DNA from: an uncultured Fibrobacterota bacterium
GTDB lineage: Bacteria; Fibrobacterota; Chitinivibrionia; Chitinivibrionales; FEN-1185
NCBI GenBank assembly: GCA_963753345.1
Contig: CAVWBU010000041.1
Coordinates: forward strand, 64,001-128,000
Direction: 5' to 3'
Length of the DNA stretch: 64,000 nt
The notes beneath the pieces are model-generated. The model made no database searches and had not been told where the DNA came from. It saw only the letters and a program-made list of their open reading frames with translations. Made by a program: the position numbers and the translations under genes. Positions 60,901-64,000 of the stretch are shown here, piece by piece (position 1 is the first letter of the stretch; each line of letters begins with the position of its first letter).

Positions 60901-63307
60901 GTGCGCTCAGCTTGAACCACCGGGTGTTTGTTGCATTGCCGAAATTCGGCACCGTATCGGTGGTGCTTGTGCCGAACCATATGCCGAAGGAATCAATGCT
61001 CGCCGCGTCAAGGCCGTTCAGGCCGGATAGGGAAAAATTCACCGAGTTGGTCCCCTGGAGCCAATTCCCGGCAATTGAGACGATGTTCACCGGCGTGGCG
61101 GTGTCGCTCATGATCACGAGCGTGCCGTTTCCCGGATCGAAATTGCTCCAGTACCACGTGGTTCCGTCGTTCCAGTGCACCTGCGTCATGAACCCGGCGG
61201 CGGTGTCTGATCCGGCAAGCGTGACCGGCACGGTGTCCTTGAATGGCACCGGCGCCGCCTGCATGGCGGCGATGCTCACCTCGGCGCACGGCGTTGCTCC
61301 GGTCGCGGAGGTCGGGACCGAGCCGGACAGGTACCATAGTTTCATGCTGTCGGCGTAGGGAAAAGAACCGATTCCGGTGGAAATGAGCTGGCTGCCGTAA
61401 TTCGAAAAGGTGATTTCCGCTTTCCCCGAAGGCACATATCTTCCCTGAATTGCAATCGGGTTGTCCTTGTGGGCCTTGACATACCGGATCATGCTGTCCT
61501 GGCGCACAGCGCCCTTCATAACGACGAGCTTTACGGTAAACACGCCCGTTGAATCATACTCGTGCGTGGGGTTGAGATCGATCGAGTCAACCGCGCCGTC
61601 GCCGAAGTACCATATCCTCTTTGTAATCTGCGCCCCTCCCGTCGACTGGTCGGTGAAGGTGATCACTTTCGGCACCTTGATAATCGAGTCGCTCATGATG
61701 AATATCGCCTTGATCGGCGTATTGACGACCAGAACGCCTCCGCTCGAGGTGGTGCTGCCGGCGGCATTGGTCACCACCGCCGTGTAGGTGCCGGCGTCCA
61801 GCAGGACCGCCGAGGCAATGGCGTATGTCTTGGCAGTCTGTCCCGGGATGGTGACGTCGTCTTTCCGCCACTGATAGGTAAAGGGACCCGTGCCTATGGC
61901 GGGGTTGACCGTGAAGGTGACGCTGCCGCTCACCAGGAGCGTGTCGAGTGCAGGGGTGACCGTTGCGTTTGCCGGCTTGGCAATGACCGTGACCGTCGCC
62001 TGCTGGCTCTCTACGCTGTCGGTGGCATTCTTGACCATCACCGTGTAGGTGCCCGCGTCGGAGACGGCAACGGGGTTCTTTGTGTACGTTGTGCCTGTTG
62101 CTCCGGCGATTGCGACACCTGCTTTTTTCCACTGGTATGCGGTGGCATTCGTGGCTGTCACCGACAGCGTGAGAGTCGCGCCTTCGTTGACGGTAACCGA
62201 AGCAGGGTTGGTCTGGATCGCCGGAGTGTTTGCGTTCGCGACCTGCACCGTTGCCGTGGCGGAAAGAGCGCTGTACGGAGTCACCGTTCCGTTCGGCGCC
62301 ACAATCTGGCCCACGCTTCCGTTGGCCTTGCCGTCGGTCTGGTTCCATGCCCGGAAAATAAAGGTTGACGGACCGGAATACGCGGCAGCGGGCACGAACC
62401 GAACCTGGGCCGCGGCGTTGAGGAGCGTGGCTGAATTGTCGGAAAGCGCGCCGAACGGCGTCCAGGTGGTTCCGGCATTTGTTGAGAACTGCCACGCGCC
62501 GTTGGTGTTGTCCGCGCCGGTGACGGCAATGCCCCGGTCGGCGAAGCCGGTGACTTGCACATTGTCAATGAGAACCGAGTCGATGGTGCCGTCGGGCCCC
62601 TGGATCACCCACGAAAGCCTCATGGCGAGCTTCTTGCTCGCGGCGCTCACCGGACTTACCACGCCGCTCCCGTAGTTGACGCTATGGAGCGAGTCCCAGG
62701 TGAAAACAACCAGCTTCCATGTCGCAGACGCCGGAACGCTGTCCTGATAGTAGCTGGCCGCGCCCGGATTGATGTCGGAGGTTTCCATTTTGAAGTAGTG
62801 CTTTCCGCCCTTGAACCAGTACTGGAAACCTGTTGCTTTTGTCAAGTCAACCGGCAGCGTGGCGGTGGGATTAAGGTTGACGGTCAATCCGACATACGGA
62901 TTGTATCCCACGATGAGGCCCTGGTGAAGCGCCGCAGTGACCTTTCCGCAGTACGCCGAATTGTAGCCCGGGGCCGAAGCCGTGAAGGTAAGCACGGGAG
63001 GCGTCACAACGCTGAGCCCTCCGCCCCCGGCGTCGTTGAACGTGAGCCACGTTCCGCCCCACTTGCTCACTGCGGTGTTGTTGTCAAAATTGTCGAGCAG
63101 CGTGCCGTCGGTCACAATGGGATTGAGGAAGGTTGAATCGGTGTATCCCGGAGGGTTTGGGTTCCCCATGGCAATGGACGGCGTGAGCGTCGGGTTCACG
63201 CCGGAAAGCACGGGCGCGCCCGCGAAGACGGTGACCGGAAGAATCAAGACGACTGCCGCCCGCAGGAGCCGGGAGGAGACATTCGCGCGCCGGTTCGCTT
63301 TTTTCAT
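57962..63307 (-). CDS. Large secreted multi-domain protein (CBM11/CIA30-like, Ig x2, PKD, FN3-like, C-terminal FlgD-Ig/CTD)
   Basis: Signal peptide; LLDNFD...DLTKATGFQYWFKG; YQWKK/YQWRK...DAGTY Ig repeats; FTDQS..WYFGDG..PTHEY PKD; PNP..IYDLRGR..WDGR..GMY. Confidence 0.85.
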   Translation of the reverse strand: MKKANRRANVSSRLLRAAVVLILPVTVFAGAPVLSGVNPTLTPSIAMGNPNPPGYTDSTFLNPIVTDGTLLDNFDNNTAVSKWGGTWLTFNDAGGGGLSVVTPPVLTFTASAPGYNSAYCGKVTAALHQGLIVGYNPYVGLTVNLNPTATLPVDLTKATGFQYWFKGGKHYFKMETSDINPGAASYYQDSVPASATWKLVVFTWDSLHSVNYGSGVVSPVSAASKKLAMRLSWVIQGPDGTIDSVLIDNVQVTGFADRGIAVTGADNTNGAWQFSTNAGTTWTPFGALSDNSATLLNAAAQVRFVPAAAYSGPSTFIFRAWNQTDGKANGSVGQIVAPNGTVTPYSALSATATVQVANANTPAIQTNPASVTVNEGATLTLSVTATNATAYQWKKAGVAIAGATGTTYTKNPVAVSDAGTYTVMVKNATDSVESQQATVTVIAKPANATVTPALDTLLVSGSVTFTVNPAIGTGPFTYQWRKDDVTIPGQTAKTYAIASAVLLDAGTYTAVVTNAAGSTTSSGGVLVVNTPIKAIFIMSDSIIKVPKVITFTDQSTGGAQITKRIWYFGDGAVDSIDLNPTHEYDSTGVFTVKLVVMKGAVRQDSMIRYVKAHKDNPIAIQGRYVPSGKAEITFSNYGSQLISTGIGSFPYADSMKLWYLSGSVPTSATGATPCAEVSIAAMQAAPVPFKDTVPVTLAGSDTAAGFMTQVHWNDGTTWYWSNFDPGNGTLVIMSDTATPVNIVSIAGNWLQGTNSVNFSLSGLNGLDAASIDSFGIWFGTSTTDTVPNFGNATNTRWFKLSALSAMITANGGHDTIGVANALFNTGTQKKLLCAVALKGKNHKQSSANTSYFLAGENRPANPIFLTAKAMSPSVILLSWRPVGNSVSSIRFWYSTTGKVPVNQTDFTSPPYDSISAVSVLDTQLAVSNLTGPTTYYFGGQVFWDGQWSFVTDSASASATTPPPSGKLPVNTVKITSLTFDTVNNAIHVKWNVTKTVLDTLEIGISYSLSGYPTADTSVHQIVSVNAPTGDTVVKLREPLVFSASTADTTFYYVALWERRVNGTLTDPTDSSEMRVASPTYNWQQVTYFTKSPGDTNSVFNGNILIVTDSVAVADVTPTVGVIRYFSGLTPASLPGFVQMSVPFYFSKYQSTAPFTIDLKLFAFPANYTASSVRIYQLKNGLWYVDRSSSANSAFASTRTKPADTLSYTYVALIDTVAPTVKRGFHADTLPPLTDVFDTLYISDNCANVTYAYSFTRGGDAFSNGDADSGTLAALQATIPVVIPSPYVTKENGLRAMVVVSDGVNTVTQNVSRQVLRPDSSDFIMTLQNAWMPLRVTAWLKDSALAPAFGAGWKYDKQQMRLFRWNPGQTNPSSTLNWVEYSDATANDFAMSPGTLVWEKGRTSVPVNFGSGVTPTLRASYAIQLPANSWADFTVPYRFDVRVGEIIDSTGAVADTLQIYSWVQDSASHRYLSSPIFFQAFAIVDKSVVLSSQDFTGYTVFNPLSVPVTLQVPPIPKTMSSYGVAKRTAGSGWVVSVTSNLSDGSKLSPVFCGYSEAKSAATSYFPVPPTFEKAYVGVLDGTKNKVYGHALAHGTAGGGSMFTLAFVNDGDQAAAISYRLANQSPLPKGLVARAFNEKTGSVENFSSGAATVTVAAGGMELRVLAVGTPAYLAKAALVLRSATLAFVGISPNPASSLVRIRYSVPGSGVSSVKFAIYDLRGRMVWQQTVDERGRAGMREIDWDGRSFDRRRVAAGMYVVRMTALDESNRPGGIFEKRMTYLP

Positions 63308-63823
63308 GAAAATCAATCCTTGTGTGGAGATGACGACCGATCGCCCTTCGGAATGCTTATTGACATGAGGGAAGCCTCCGCCGCCCTACAAGCGGTTCTG
63401 CTCAAAGGGACAAAGCCCGCTTAATCGCGTAAGCTTCCGCGGAACCCGAAGTCATCAAGTTCCTAAGTTATAGTCGTTTAAAGGCATTCCAGGGTTCTCG
63501 AAATCCGGAAAGATACCGTAACCCATAAAAGAAGAAGCCTCACAATTGCACGGTTTCGAAGTCTTTCAGGTTCCGGCTGACGCGCAAAATTCCAACAGCG
63601 CAACACCATCCAGCCCCCTAAATATATATATAAAAAAACGCAATACTTAATAAAAAAGTGACCTGTGGAACACAGTAAACAACCACCGCCACAGGACATG
63701 TCCGCGCAGGAAGATCCCGAAGGGTTTTCAGACCGCAACACTCCGGCGCCTAACTAATTATATAGGCTCCCGGCGGCTAATTCAAGATAAAATCCAATTG
63801 ATCGACAATATTGTGGGATCTGA

Positions 63824-63867
63824 AGGGTTGAGAAGTTGAGAAGTTGAGGAGTTGAGAAGTTGAGAAG
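63824..63867. repeat. Octamer tandem repeat (GAAGTTGA)x5
   Basis: Reverse complement of the unit at 57921-57960. Confidence 0.85.
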
Positions 63868-64000
63868 AAAAAGCCTTGAAAAGTTGAATGGTTGAAACAT
63901 CGAAAAGTAGAAAATGCAAAGAACAGCTCTGGCTGATTATTGCGGATGCCGATTGGCGCGAGAAGAACTAATTGACTGAATAGAATTCCGTTACCGCGCG

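Noticed and set aside
63320-64000. Riboswitch or ncRNA in the long upstream region
   Set aside because: Only a small hairpin near 63710-63729; no recognisable family landmarks.

Overview
A moderately GC-rich bacterial chromosomal segment. Its fibro-slime domain and many secreted proteins ending in a ~70-80 aa T9SS-CTD-like tail suggest Fibrobacterota (Chitinivibrionia-like); this is inference. Contents in order: (1) 1-14.9 kb, a tandem array of 8 secreted BNR_4-type beta-propeller paralogs followed by a GH105/GH88-like hydrolase. (2) A B12-binding radical SAM gene behind a structured leader. (3) 18.3-24.5 kb, a tightly coupled minus-strand operon: hydrogenase maturation protease, Tat-exported [NiFe] small subunit, large subunit, predicted outer-membrane beta-barrel, decaheme cytochrome c and multiheme lipoprotein. 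This looks like a hydrogenase wired to a porin-cytochrome conduit and is the top finding. (4) A minus-strand cluster of OYE/GltD-like fusion, SDR, flavoprotein, eda and kdgK. (5) Tat aldo-keto reductase, ThuA-like protein, His-rich Ni/Co transporter, outer-membrane proteins, MFS transporter, DUF2271-like protein and two PIN toxin-antitoxin pairs. (6) A fimT-pilV-pilW-pilX minor-pilin operon whose PilX appears fused to a fibro-slime domain. (7) A GH81 glucanase and a ~1780-aa multi-domain secreted protein. At least 8 single-base frameshifts in short homopolymers look like assembly errors. Several dispersed repeat families and a recurring promoter palindrome are present. No rRNA, tRNA, CRISPR array or transposase was recognised. 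All family assignments are from motif recognition by eye, not database searches.
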